Assembly: GCA_964057225.1 (NCBI GenBank)
Contig: OZ059900.1
Coordinates: 4,960,001-5,024,000, forward strand
From: Auanema rhodensis
Taxonomy: Eukaryota > Animalia > Nematoda
Length of the DNA stretch: 64,000 nucleotides
Direction of reading: 5' to 3'
This document shows positions 11,800-24,250 of the stretch, piece by piece (within the stretch, counting starts at the first letter, position 1; each line of letters opens with the position of its first letter). The position numbers and the translations under genes were made by a program. Under the pieces are notes generated by a model that was given only the letters and a program-made list of their open reading frames with translations, ran no database searches and had not been told where the DNA came from.

Positions 11800-13250
11800 A
11801 AATTTTTTTTGGACTGTGAGCCATTCGCATGGCTTAATCCTTGAGGAAAACTACAGCGCTGACAGATTCAATCAAGTTTAAAAAAAAAAATTTTTTTCAA
11901 TTCAGATGTTGAAACTCTTTAAAAATGTGTGATAAATGTTTTGAGAGTATCGTGAAAACAAGTTGGAAAAAAATTTTTTTTTGGACTGTGAGCCATTCGC
12001 ATGGCTTAATCCTTGAGGAAAGCTACAGCGCTGACAGATTCAATCAAGTTTAAAAAAAAAACATTTTTTTTTTCAATTCAGATGTTGACACTCTTTGAAA
12101 ATGTGTAATAAATGTTTTGAGAGTATCGTGAAAACAAGTTGGAAAAAAATTTTTTTTTGGACTGTGAGCCATTCGCATGGCTTAATCCTTGAGGAAAGCT
12201 ACAGCGCTGACAGATTCAATCAAGTTTAAAAAAAAAACATTTTTTTTTTCAATTCAGATGTTGACACTCTTTGAAAATGTGTTATAAATGTTTTGAGAGT
12301 ATCGTGAAAACAAGTTGGAAAAAAACTTTTTTTTGGACTTGGAAATTTTTTTTTGACTGTGAGCCATTCGCATGGCTTAATCCTTGAGGAAAGCTACAGC
12401 GCTGACAGATTCAATCAAGTTTAAAAAAATTTTTTTTTCAATTCAGATGTTGACACTCATTGAAAATGTGTAATAAATGTTTTGAGAGTATCGTGAAAAC
12501 AAGTTGGAAAAAAATTTTTTTTTGGACTTGGAAATTTTTTTTGGACTGTGAGCCATTCGCATGGCTTAATCCTTGAGGAAAACTACAGCGCTGACAGATT
12601 CAATCAAGTTTAAAAAAAAAAATTTTTTTCAATTCAGATGTTGAAACTCTTTAAAAATGTGTGATAAATGTTTTGAGAGTATCGTGAAAACAAGTTGGAA
12701 AAAAATTTTTTTTTGGACTGTGAGCCATTCGCATGGCTTAATCCTTGAGGAAAGCTACAGCGCTGACAGATTCAATCAAGTTTAAAAAAAAAACATTTTT
12801 TTTTTCAATTCAGATGTTGACACTCTTTGAAAATGTGTAATAAATGTTTTGAGAGTATCGTGAAAACAAGTTGGAAAAAAATTTTTTTTTGGACTGTGAG
12901 CCATTCGCATGGCTTAATCCTTGAGGAAAGCTACAGCGCTGACAGATTCAATCAAGTTTAAAAAAAAAACATTTTTTTTTTCAATTCAGATGTTGACACT
13001 CTTTGAAAATGTGTTATAAATGTTTTGAGAGTATCGTGAAAACAAGTTGGAAAAAAACTTTTTTTTGGACTTGGAAATTTTTTTTTGACTGTGAGCCATT
13101 CGCATGGCTTAATCCTTGAGGAAAGCTACAGCGCTGACAGATTCAATCAAGTTTAAAAAAATTTTTTTTTCAATTCAGATGTTGACACTCATTGAAAATG
13201 TGTAATAAATGTTTTGAGAGTATCGTGAAAACAAGTTGGAAAAAAACTTT
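11800..13250. repeat. Local 4-mer HOR, 732-bp period, 2 copies, carrying the A10-CA-T10 variant
   Basis: The inserted C in the A/T dyad is at 12062/12238 and again at 12794/12970 (+732). Linked GGAAAACTAC, GTGTTATAAA, TTTGACTGTG and CACTCATTGA variants recur in the same order. Confidence 0.85.
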
Positions 13251-15599
13251 TTTTTGGACTGTGAGCCATTCGCATGGCTTAATCCTTGAGGAAAGCTACA
13301 GCGCTGACAGATTCAATCAAGTTTAAAAAAAAATTTTTTTTCAATTCAGATGTTGACACTCTTTGAAAATGTGTAATAAATGTTTTGAGAGTATCGTGAA
13401 AACAAGTTGGAAAAAAACTTTTTTTTGGACTTGGAAATTTTTTTTGGACTGTGAGCCATTCGCATGGCTTAATCCTTGAGGAAAGCTACAGCGCTGACAG
13501 ATTCAATCAAGTTTAAAAAAAAATTTTTTTTCAATTCAGATGTTGACACTCTTTGAAAATGTGTTATAAATGTTTTGAGAGTATCGTGAAAACAAGTTGG
13601 AAAAAAACTTTTTTTTGGACTGTGAGCCATTCGCATGGCTTAATCCTTGAGGAAAGCTACAGCGCTGACAGATTCAATCAAGTTTAAAAAAAAAACATTT
13701 TTTTTTTCAATTCAGATGTTGACACTCTTTGAAAATGTGTTATAAATGTTTTGAGAGTATCGTGAAAACAAGTTGGAAAAAAACTTTTTTTTGGACTTGG
13801 AAATTTTTTTTTGACTGTGAGCCATTCGCATGGCTTAATCCTTGAGGAAAGCTACAGCGCTGACAGATTCAATCAAGTTTAAAAAAATTTTTTTTTCAAT
13901 TCAGATGTTGACACTCTTTGAAAATGTGTAATAAATGTTTTGAGAGTATCGTGAAAACAAGTTGGAAAAAAACTTTTTTTTGGACTTGGAAATTTTTTTG
14001 GACTGTGAGCCATTCGCATGGCTTAATCCTTGAGGAAAGCTACAGCGCTGACAGATTCAATCAAGTTTAAAAAAAAATTTTTTTTTCAATTCAGATGTTG
14101 AAACTCTTTAAAAATGTGTAATAAATGTTTTGAGAGTATCGTGAAAACAAGTTGGAAAAAAATTTTTTTTTGGACTGTGAGCCATTCGCATGGCTTAATC
14201 CTTGAGGAAAGCTACAGCGCTGACAGATTCAATCAAGTTTAAAAAAAAAACATTTTTTTTTTCAATTCAGATGTTGACACTCTTTGAAAATGTGTTATAA
14301 ATGTTTTGAGAGTATCGTGAAAACAAGTTGGAAAAAAACTTTTTTTTGGACTTGGAAATTTTTTTTTGACTGTGAGCCATTCGCATGGCTCAATCCTTGA
14401 GGAAAGCTACAGCGCTGACAGATTCAATCAAGTTTAAAAAAATTTTTTTTTCAATTCAGATGTTGACACTCATTGAAAATGTGTAATAAATGTTTTGAGA
14501 GTATCGTGAAAACAAGTTGGAAAAAAACTTTTTTTTGGACTTGGAAATTTTTTTGGACTGTGAGCCATTCGCATGGCTTAATCCTTGAGGAAAGCTACAG
14601 CGCTGACAGATTCAATCAAGTTTAAAAAAAATTTTTTTTCAATTCAAATGTTGACACTCTTTGAAAATGTGTAATAAATGTTTTGAGAGTATCGTGAAAA
14701 CAAGTTGGAAAAAAATTTTTTTTTGGACTGTGAGCCATTCGCATGGCTTAATCCTTGAGGAAAGCTACAGCGCTGACAGATTCAATCAAGTTTAAAAAAA
14801 AATTTTTTTTCAATTCAGATGTTGACACTCTTTGAAAATGTGTAATAAATGTTTTGAGAGTATCGTGAAAACAAGTTGGAAAAAAACTTTTTTTTGGACT
14901 TGGAAATTTTTTTTGGACTGTGAGCCATTCGCATGGCTTAATCCTTGAGGAAAGCTACAGCGCTGACAGATTCAATCAAGTTTAAAAAAAAATTTTTTTT
15001 CAATTCAGATGTTGACACTCTTTGAAAATGTGTTATAAATGTTTTGAGAGTATCGTGAAAACAAGTTGGAAAAAAACTTTTTTTTGGACTGTGAGCCATT
15101 CGCATGGCTTAATCCTTGAGGAAAGCTACAGCGCTGACAGATTCAATCAAGTTTAAAAAAAAAACATTTTTTTTTTCAATTCAGATGTTGACACTCTTTG
15201 AAAATGTGTTATAAATGTTTTGAGAGTATCGTGAAAACAAGTTGGAAAAAAACTTTTTTTTGGACTTGGAAATTTTTTTTGGACTGTGAGCCATTCGCAT
15301 GGCTTAATCCTTGAGGAAAGCTACAGCGCTGACAGATTCAATCAAGTTTAAAAAAAAATTTTTTTTCAATTCAGATGTTGACACTCTTTGAAAATGTGTT
15401 ATAAATGTTTTGAGAGTATCGTGAAAACAAGTTGGAAAAAAACTTTTTTTTGGACTGTGAGCCATTCGCATGGCTTAATCCTTGAGGAAAGCTACAGCGC
15501 TGACAGATTCAATCAAGTTTAAAAAAAAAACATTTTTTTTTTCAATTCAGATGTTGACACTCTTTGAAAATGTGTTATAAATGTTTTGAGAGTATCGTG

Positions 15600-16800
15600 A
15601 AAACAAGTTGGAAAAAAACTTTTTTTTGGACTTGGAAATTTTTTTTGGACTGTGAGCCATTCGCATGGCTTAATCCTTGAAGAAAGCTACAGCGCTGACA
15701 GATTCAATCAAGTTTAAAAAAAAAATTTTTTTTTCAATTCAGATGTTGAAACTCTTTAAAAATGTGTAAAAAATGTTTTGAGAGTATCGTGAAAACAAGT
15801 TGGAAAAAAAATTTTTTTTGGACTGTGAGCCATTCGCATGGCTTAATCCTTGAAGAAAGCTACAGAGCTGACAGATTCAATCAAGTTTAAAAAAAAAAAT
15901 TTTTTTTTCAATTCAGATGTTGAAACTCTTTAAAAATGTGTAATAAATCTTTTGAGAGTATCGTGAAAACAAGTTGGAAAAAAACTTTTTTTTGGACTTA
16001 GAAATTTTTTTTGGACTGTGAGCCATTCGCATGGCTTAATCCTTGAGGAAAGCTACAGCGCTGACAGATTCAATCAAGTTTAAAAAAAAATTTTTTTTCA
16101 ATTCAGATGTTGACACTCTTTGAAAATGTGTAATAAATGTTTTGAGAGTATCGTGAAAACAAGTTGGAAAAAAATTTTTTTTGGACTGTGAGCCATTCGC
16201 ATGGCTTAATCCTTGAGGAAAGCTACAGCGCTCACGGATTCAATCAAGTTTAAAAAAAAATTTTTTTTCAATTCAGATGTTGAAACTCTTTAAAAATGTG
16301 TAATAAATGTTTTGAGAGTATCGTGAAAACAAGTTGGAAAAAAACTTTTTTTTGGACTTGGAAATTTTTTTTGGACTGTGAGCCATTCGCATGGCTTAAT
16401 CCTTGAAGAAAGCTACAGCGCTGACAGATTCAATCAAGTTTAAAAAAAAAATTTTTTTTTCAATTCAGATGTTGAAACTCTTTAAAAATGTGTAAAAAAT
16501 GTTTTGAGAGTATCGTGAAAACAAGTTGGAAAAAAAATTTTTTTTGGACTGTGAGCCATTCGCATGGCTTAATCCTTGAAGAAAGCTACAGAGCTGACAG
16601 ATTCAATCAAGTTTAAAAAAAAAATTTTTTTTTCAATTCAGATGTTGAAACTCTTTAAAAATGTGTAATAAATCTTTTGAGAGTATCGTGAAAACAAGTT
16701 GGAAAAAAACTTTTTTTTGGACTTAGAAATTTTTTTTGGACTGTGAGCCATTCGCATGGCTTAATCCTTGAGGAAAGCTACAGCGCTGACAGATTCAATC
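15600..16800. repeat. Local 4-mer HOR, 726-bp period; the pair recurs 3510 bp downstream
   Basis: TACAGAGCTG at 15861 and 16587, with linked TGAAGAAAG, AAATCTTTTG and GGACTTAGAA variants. Confidence 0.85.
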
Positions 16801-18560
16801 AAGTTTAAAAAAAAAACATTTTTTTTTTCAATTCAGATGTTGACACTCTTTGAAAATGTGTTATAAATGTTTTGAGAGTATCGTGAAAACAAGTTGGAAA
16901 AAAACTTTTTTTTGGACTTGGAAATTTTTTTTTGACTGTGAGCCATTCGCATGGCTTAATCCTTGAGGAAAGCTACAGCGCTGACAGATTCAATCAAGTT
17001 TAAAAAAATTTTTTTTTCAATTCAGATGTTGACACTCATTGAAAATGTGTAATAAATGTTTTGAGAGTATCGTGAAAACAAGTTGGAAAAAAACTTTTTT
17101 TTGGACTTGGAAATTTTTTTGGACTGTGAGCCATTCGCATGGCTTAATCCTTGAGGAAAGCTACAGCGCTGACAGATTCAATCAAGTTTAAAAAAAAATT
17201 TTTTTTCAATTCAAATGTTGACACTCTTTGAAAATGTGTAATAAATGTTTTGAGAGTATCGTGAAAACAAGTTGGAAAAAAATTTTTTTTTGGACTGTGA
17301 GCCATTCGCATGGCTTAATCCTTGAGGAAAGCTACAGCGCTGACAGATTCAATCAAGTTTAAAAAAAAATTTTTTTTCAATTCAGATGTTGACACTCTTT
17401 GAAAATGTGTAATAAATGTTTTGAGAGTATCGTGAAAACAAGTTGGAAAAAAACTTTTTTTTGGACTTGGAAATTTTTTTTGGACTGTGAGCCATTCGCA
17501 TGGCTTAATCCTTGAGGAAAGCTACAGCGCTGACAGATTCAATCAAGTTTAAAAAAAAATTTTTTTTCAATTCAGATGTTGACACTCTTTGAAAATGTGT
17601 TATAAATGTTTTGAGAGTATCGTGAAAACAAGTTGGAAAAAAACTTTTTTTTGGACTGTGAGCCATTCGCATGGCTTAATCCTTGAGGAAAGCTACAGCG
17701 CTGACAGATTCAATCAAGTTTAAAAAAAAAACATTTTTTTTTTCAATTCAGATGTTGACACTCTTTGAAAATGTGTTATAAATGTTTTGAGAGTATCGTG
17801 AAAACAAGTTGGAAAAAAACTTTTTTTTGGACTTGGAAATTTTTTTTTGACTGTGAGCCATTCGCATGGCTTAATCCTTGAGGAAAGCTACAGCGCTGAC
17901 AGATTCAATCAAGTTTAAAAAAATTTTTTTTTCAATTCAGATGTTGACACTCATTGAAAATGTGTAATAAATGTTTTGAGAGTATCGTGAAAACAAGTTG
18001 GAAAAAAACTTTTTTTTGGACTTGGAAATTTTTTTGGACTGTGAGCCATTCGCATGGCTTAATCCTTGAGGAAAGCTACAGCGCTGACAGATTCAATCAA
18101 GTTTAAAAAAAAATTTTTTTTCAATTCAAATGTTGACACTCTTTGAAAATGTGTAATAAATGTTTTGAGAGTATCGTGAAAACAAGTTGGAAAAAAATTT
18201 TTTTTTGGACTGTGAGCCATTCGCATGGCTTAATCCTTGAGGAAAGCTACAGCGCTGACAGATTCAATCAAGTTTAAAAAAAAATTTTTTTTCAATTCAG
18301 ATGTTGACACTCTTTGAAAATGTGTAATAAATGTTTTGAGAGTATCGTGAAAACAAGTTGGAAAAAAACTTTTTTTTGGACTTGGAAATTTTTTTTGGAC
18401 TGTGAGCCATTCGCATGGCTTAATCCTTGAGGAAAGCTACAGCGCTGACAGATTCAATCAAGTTTAAAAAAAAATTTTTTTTCAATTCAGATGTTGACAC
18501 TCTTTGAAAATGTGTTATAAATGTTTTGAGAGTATCGTGAAAACAAGTTGGAAAAAAACT
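16800..18560. repeat. Local 5-mer HOR, 915-bp period, related to 14230-15250
   Basis: CA-insert variant at 16817 and 17732 and TTCAAATG at ~17210 and ~18125 (+915). The same variant order occurs at 14251/15165 (+914). Confidence 0.82.
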
Positions 18561-18999
18561 TTTTTTTGGACTTGGAAATTTTTTTTGGACTGTGAGCCAT
18601 TCGCATGGCTTAATCCTTGAGGAAAGCTACAGCGCTGACAGATTCAATCAAGTTTAAAAAAAAATTTTTTTTCAATTCAGATGTTGACACTCATTGAAAA
18701 TGTGTAATAAATGTTTTGAGAGTATCGTGAAAACAAGTTGGAAAAAAAATTTTTTTTGGACTTGGAAATTTTTTTTGGTCTGTGAGCCATTCGCATCGCT
18801 TAATCGTTGAGGAAAGCTACAGCGCTGACAGATTCAATCAAGTTTAAAAAAAAATTTTTTTTCAATTCAGATGTTGACACTCTTTGAAAATGTGTAATAA
18901 ATGTTTTGAGAGTATCGTGAAAACAAGTTGGAAAAAAACTTTTTTTTGGACTTGGAAATTTTTTTTGGACTGTGAGCCATTCGCATGGCTTAATCCTTG

Positions 19000-20400
19000 A
19001 GGAAAGCTACAGCGCTGACGGATTCAATCAAGTTTAAAAAAAAATTTTTTTTCAATTCAGATGTTGAAACTCTTTAAAAATGTGTAATAAATGTTTTGAG
19101 AGTATCGTGAAAACAAGTTGGAAAAAAACTTTTTTTTGGACTTGGAAATTTTTTTTGGACTGTGAGCCATTCGCATGGCTTAATCCTTGAAGAAAGCTAC
19201 AGCGCTGACAGATTCAATCAAGTTTAAAAAAAAAATTTTTTTTTCAATTCAGATGTTGAAACTCTTTAAAAATGTGTAAAAAATGTTTTGAGAGTATCGT
19301 GAAAACAAGTTGGAAAAAAAATTTTTTTTGGACTGTGAGCCATTCGCATGGCTTAATCCTTGAAGAAAGCTACAGAGCTGACAGATTCAATCAAGTTTAA
19401 AAAAAAAAATTTTTTTTTCAATTCAGATGTTGAAACTCTTTAAAAATGTGTAATAAATCTTTTGAGAGTATCGTGAAAACAAGTTGGAAAAAAACTTTTT
19501 TTTGGACTTAGAAATTTTTTTTGGACTGTGAGCCATTCGCATGGCTTAATCCTTGAGGAAAGCTACAGCGCTGACAGATTCAATCAAGTTTAAAAAAAAA
19601 TTTTTTTTCAATTCAGATGTTGACACTCTTTGAAAATGTGTAATAAATGTTTTGAGAGTATCGTGAAAACAAGTTGGAAAAAAATTTTTTTTGGACTGTG
19701 AGCCATTCGCATGGCTTAATCCTTGAGGAAAGCTACAGCGCTGACGGATTCAATCAAGTTTAAAAAAAAATTTTTTTTCAATTCAGATGTTGAAACTCTT
19801 TAAAAATGTGTAATAAATGTTTTGAGAGTATCGTGAAAACAAGTTGGAAAAAAACTTTTTTTTGGACTTGGAAATTTTTTTTGGACTGTGAGCCATTCGC
19901 ATGGCTTAATCCTTGAAGAAAGCTACAGCGCTGACAGATTCAATCAAGTTTAAAAAAAAAATTTTTTTTTCAATTCAGATGTTGAAACTCTTTAAAAATG
20001 TGTAAAAAATGTTTTGAGAGTATCGTGAAAACAAGTTGGAAAAAAAATTTTTTTTGGACTGTGAGCCATTCGCATGGCTTAATCCTTGAAGAAAGCTACA
20101 GAGCTGACAGATTCAATCAAGTTTAAAAAAAAAAATTTTTTTTTCAATTCAGATGTTGAAACTCTTTAAAAATGTGTAATAAATCTTTTGAGAGTATCGT
20201 GAAAACAAGTTGGAAAAAAACTTTTTTTTGGACTTAGAAATTTTTTTTGGACTGTGAGCCATTCGCATGGCTTAATCCTTGAGGAAAGCTACAGCGCTGA
20301 CAGATTCAATCAAGTTTAAAAAAAAATTTTTTTTCAATTCAGATGTTGACACTCTTTGAAAATGTGTAATAAATGTTTTGAGAGTATCGTGAAAACAAGT
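19000..20400. repeat. Second copy of the 726-bp 4-mer HOR pair
   Basis: TACAGAGCTG at 19371 and 20097 (+726 from each other, +3510 from 15861 and 16587) with the same linked variants. Confidence 0.85.
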
Positions 20401-20949
20401 TGGAAAAAAATTTTTTTTTGGACTTGGAAATTTTTTTTGGACTGTGAGCCTTTTGCATGGCTTAATCCTTGAGGAAAGCTACAGCGCTGACAGATTCAAT
20501 CAAGTTTAAAAAAAAATTTTTTTTCAATTCAAATGTTGACACTCTTTGAAAATGTGTAATAAATGTTTTGAGAGTATCGTGAAAACAAGTTGGAAAAAAA
20601 CTTTTTTTTGGACTTGGAAATTTTTTTTGGACTGTGAGCCATTCGCATGGCTTAATCCTTGAGGAAAGCTACAGCGCTGACAGATTCAATCAAGTTTAAA
20701 AAAAAATTTTTTTTCAATTCAGATGTTGACACTCTTTGAAAATGTGTAATAAATGTTTTGAGAGTATCGTGAAAACAAGTTGGAAAAAAACTTTTTTTTG
20801 GACTTGGAAATTTTTTTTGGACTGTGAGCCATTCGCATGGCTTAATCCTTGAGGAAAGCTACAGCGCTGACAGATTCAATCAAGTTTAAAAAAAAAAATT
20901 TTTTTTTCAATTCAGATGTTGAAACTCTTTAAAAATGTGTAAAAAATGT

Positions 20950-23900
20950 TTTGAGAGTATCGTGAAAACAAGTTGGAAAAAAACTTTTTTTTGGACTTGG
21001 AAATTTTTTTTGGACTGTGAGCCATTCGCATGGCTTAATCCTTGAGGAAAGCTACAGCGCTGACAGATTCAATCAAGTTTTAAAAAAAAAAATTTTTTTT
21101 CAATTCAGATGTTGAAACTCTTTAAAAATGTGTAATAAATCTTTTGAGAGTATCGTGAAAACAAGTTGGAAAAAAACTTTTTTTTGGACTTGGAAATTTT
21201 TTTTGGACTGTGAGCCATTCGCATGGCTTAATCCTTGAGGAAAGCTACAGCGCTGACAGATTCAATCAAGTTTAAAAAAAAAATTTTTTTTCAATTCAGA
21301 TGTTGAAACTCTTTAAAAATGTGTAATAAATGTTTTGAGAGTATCGTGAAAACAAGTTGGAAAAAAATTTTTTTTTGGACTGTGAGCCATTCGCATGGCT
21401 TAATCCTTGAGGAAAGCTACAGCGCTGACAGATTCAATCAAGTTTAAAAAAAAATTTTTTTTCAATTCAGATGTTGAAACTCTTTAAAAATGTGTAATAA
21501 ATGTTTTGAGAGTATCGTGAAAACAAGTTGGAAAAAAACTTTTTTTTGGACTTGGAAATTTTTTTTGGACTGTGAGCCATTCGCATGGCTTAATCCTTGA
21601 GGAAAGCTACAGCGCTGACAGATTCAATCAAGTTTAAAAAAAAATTTTTTTTCAATTCAGATGTTGACACTCTTTGAAAATGTGTAATAAATGTTTTGAG
21701 AGTATCGTGAAAACAAGTTGGAAAAAAATTTTTTTTTGGACTGTGAGTCATTCGCATGGCTTAATCCTTGAGGAAAGCTACAGCGCTGACAGATTCAATC
21801 AAGTTTAAAAAAAAATTTTTTTTCAATTCAGATGTTGACACTCTTTGAAAATGTGTAATAAATGTTTTGAGAGTATCGTGAAAACAAGTTGGAAAAAAAC
21901 TTTTTTTTGGACTTGGAAATTTTTTTTGGACTGTGAGCCATTCGCATGGCTTAATCCTTGAGGAAAGCTACAGCGCTGACAGATTCAATCAAGTTTAAAA
22001 AAAAAAATTTTTTTTTCAATTCAGATGTTGACACTCTTTGAAAATGTGTAATAAATGTTTTGAGAGTATCGTGAAAACAAGTTGGAAAAAAACTTTTTTT
22101 TGGACTTGGAAATTTTTTTTGGACTGTGAGCCATTCGCATGGCTTAATCCTTGAGGAAAGCTACAGCGCTGACAGATTCAATCAAGTTTTTAAAAAAAAA
22201 ATTTTTTTTCAATTCAGATGTTGAAACTCTTTAAAAATGTGTAATAAATCTTTTGAGAGTATCGTGAAAACAAGTTGGAAAAAAACTTTTTTTTGGACTT
22301 GGAAATTTTTTTTGGACTGTGAGCCATTCGCATGGCTTAATCCTTGAGGAAAGCTACAGCGCTGACAGATTCAATCAAGTTTAAAAAAAAAATTTTTTTT
22401 CAATTCAGATGTTGAAACTCTTTAAAAATGTGTAATAAATGTTTTGAGAGTATCGTGAAAACAAGTTGGAAAAAAATTTTTTTTTGGACTGTGAGCCATT
22501 CGCATGGCTTAATCCTTGAGGAAAGCTACAGCGCTGACAGATTCAATCAAGTTTAAAAAAAAATTTTTTTTCAATTCAGATGTTGAAACTCTTTAAAAAT
22601 GTGTAATAAATGTTTTGAGAGTATCGTGAAAACAAGTTGGAAAAAAACTTTTTTTTGGACTTGGAAATTTTTTTTGGACTGTGAGCCATTCGCATGGCTT
22701 AATCCTTGAGGAAAGCTACAGCGCTGACAGATTCAATCAAGTTTAAAAAAAAATTTTTTTTCAATTCAGATGTTGACACTCTTTGAAAATGTGTAATAAA
22801 TGTTTTGAGAGTATCGTGAAAACAAGTTGGAAAAAAATTTTTTTTTGGACTGTGAGTCATTCGCATGGCTTAATCCTTGAGGAAAGCTACAGCGCTGACA
22901 GATTCAATCAAGTTTAAAAAAAAATTTTTTTTCAATTCAGATGTTGACACTCTTTGAAAATGTGTAATAAATGTTTTGAGAGTATCGTGAAAACAAGTTG
23001 GAAAAAAACTTTTTTTTGGACTTGGAAATTTTTTTTGGACTGTGAGCCATTCGCATGGCTTAATCCTTGAGGAAAGCTACAGCGCTGACAGATTCAATCA
23101 AGTTTAAAAAAAAAAATTTTTTTTTCAATTCAGATGTTGACACTCTTTGAAAATGTGTAATAAATGTTTTGAGAGTATCGTGAAAACAAGTTGGAAAAAA
23201 ACTTTTTTTTGGACTTGGAAATTTTTTTTGGACTGTGAGCCATTCGCATGGCTTAATCCTTGAGGAAAGCTACAGCGCTGACAGATTCAATCAAGTTTTT
23301 AAAAAAAAAATTTTTTTTCAATTCAGATGTTAAAACTCTTTAAAAATGTGTAATAAATCTTTTGAGAGTATCGTGAAAACAAGTTGGAAAAAAACTTTTT
23401 TTTGGACTTGGAAATTTTTTTTGGACTGTGAGCCATTCGCATGGCTTAATCCTTGAGGAAAGCTACAGCGCTGACAGATTCAATCAAGTTTAAAAAAAAA
23501 ATTTTTTTTCAATTCAGATGTTGAAACTCTTTAAAAATGTGTAATAAATGTTTTGAGAGTATCGTGAAAACAAGTTGGAAAAAAATTTTTTTTTGGACTG
23601 TGAGCCATTCGCATGGCTTAATCCTTGAGGAAAGCTACAGCGCTGACAGATTCAATCAAGTTTAAAAAAAAATTTTTTTTCAATTCAGATGTTGAAACTC
23701 TTTAAAAATGTGTAATAAATGTTTTGAGAGTATCGTGAAAACAAGTTGGAAAAAAAATTTTTTTTGGACTTGGAAATTTTTTTTGGACTGTGAGCCATTC
23801 GCATGGCTTAATCCTTGAGGAAAGCTACAGCTCTGACAGATTCAATCAAGTTTAAAAAAAAATTTTTTTTCAATTCAGATGTTGACACTCTTTGAAAATG

Positions 23901-24250
23901 TGTAATAAATGTTTTGAGAGTATCGTGAAAACAAGTTGGAAAAAAACTTTTTTTTTGGACTGTGAGTCATTCGCATGGCTTAATCCTTGAGGAAAGCTAC
24001 AGCGCTGACAGATTCAATCAAGTTTAAAAAAAAATTTTTTTTCAATTCAGATGTTGACACTCTTTGAAAATGTGTAATAAATGTTTTGAGAGTATCGTGA
24101 AAACAAGTTGGAAAAAAACTTTTTTTTGGACTTGGAAATTTTTTTTGGACTGTGAGCCATTCGCATGGCTTAATCCTTGAGGAAAGCTACAGCGCTGACA
24201 GATTCAATCAAGTTTAAAAAAAAAAATTTTTTTTTCAATTCAGATGTTGA
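20950..24250. repeat. Local 6-mer HOR (4L+2S), ~1109-bp period, ~3 copies
   Basis: CTGTGAGTCA starts at 21741, 22850 and 23960. The extended-T variant AAGTTTT(T)AAAA and AAATCTTTTG recur in the same phase. Confidence 0.85.

Noticed and set aside
12062-12238. 176-bp B monomers matching the satellite A period as evidence of relationship
   Set aside because: They are 171-bp S monomers plus 5 bp in the A/T tract and share no sequence with A.
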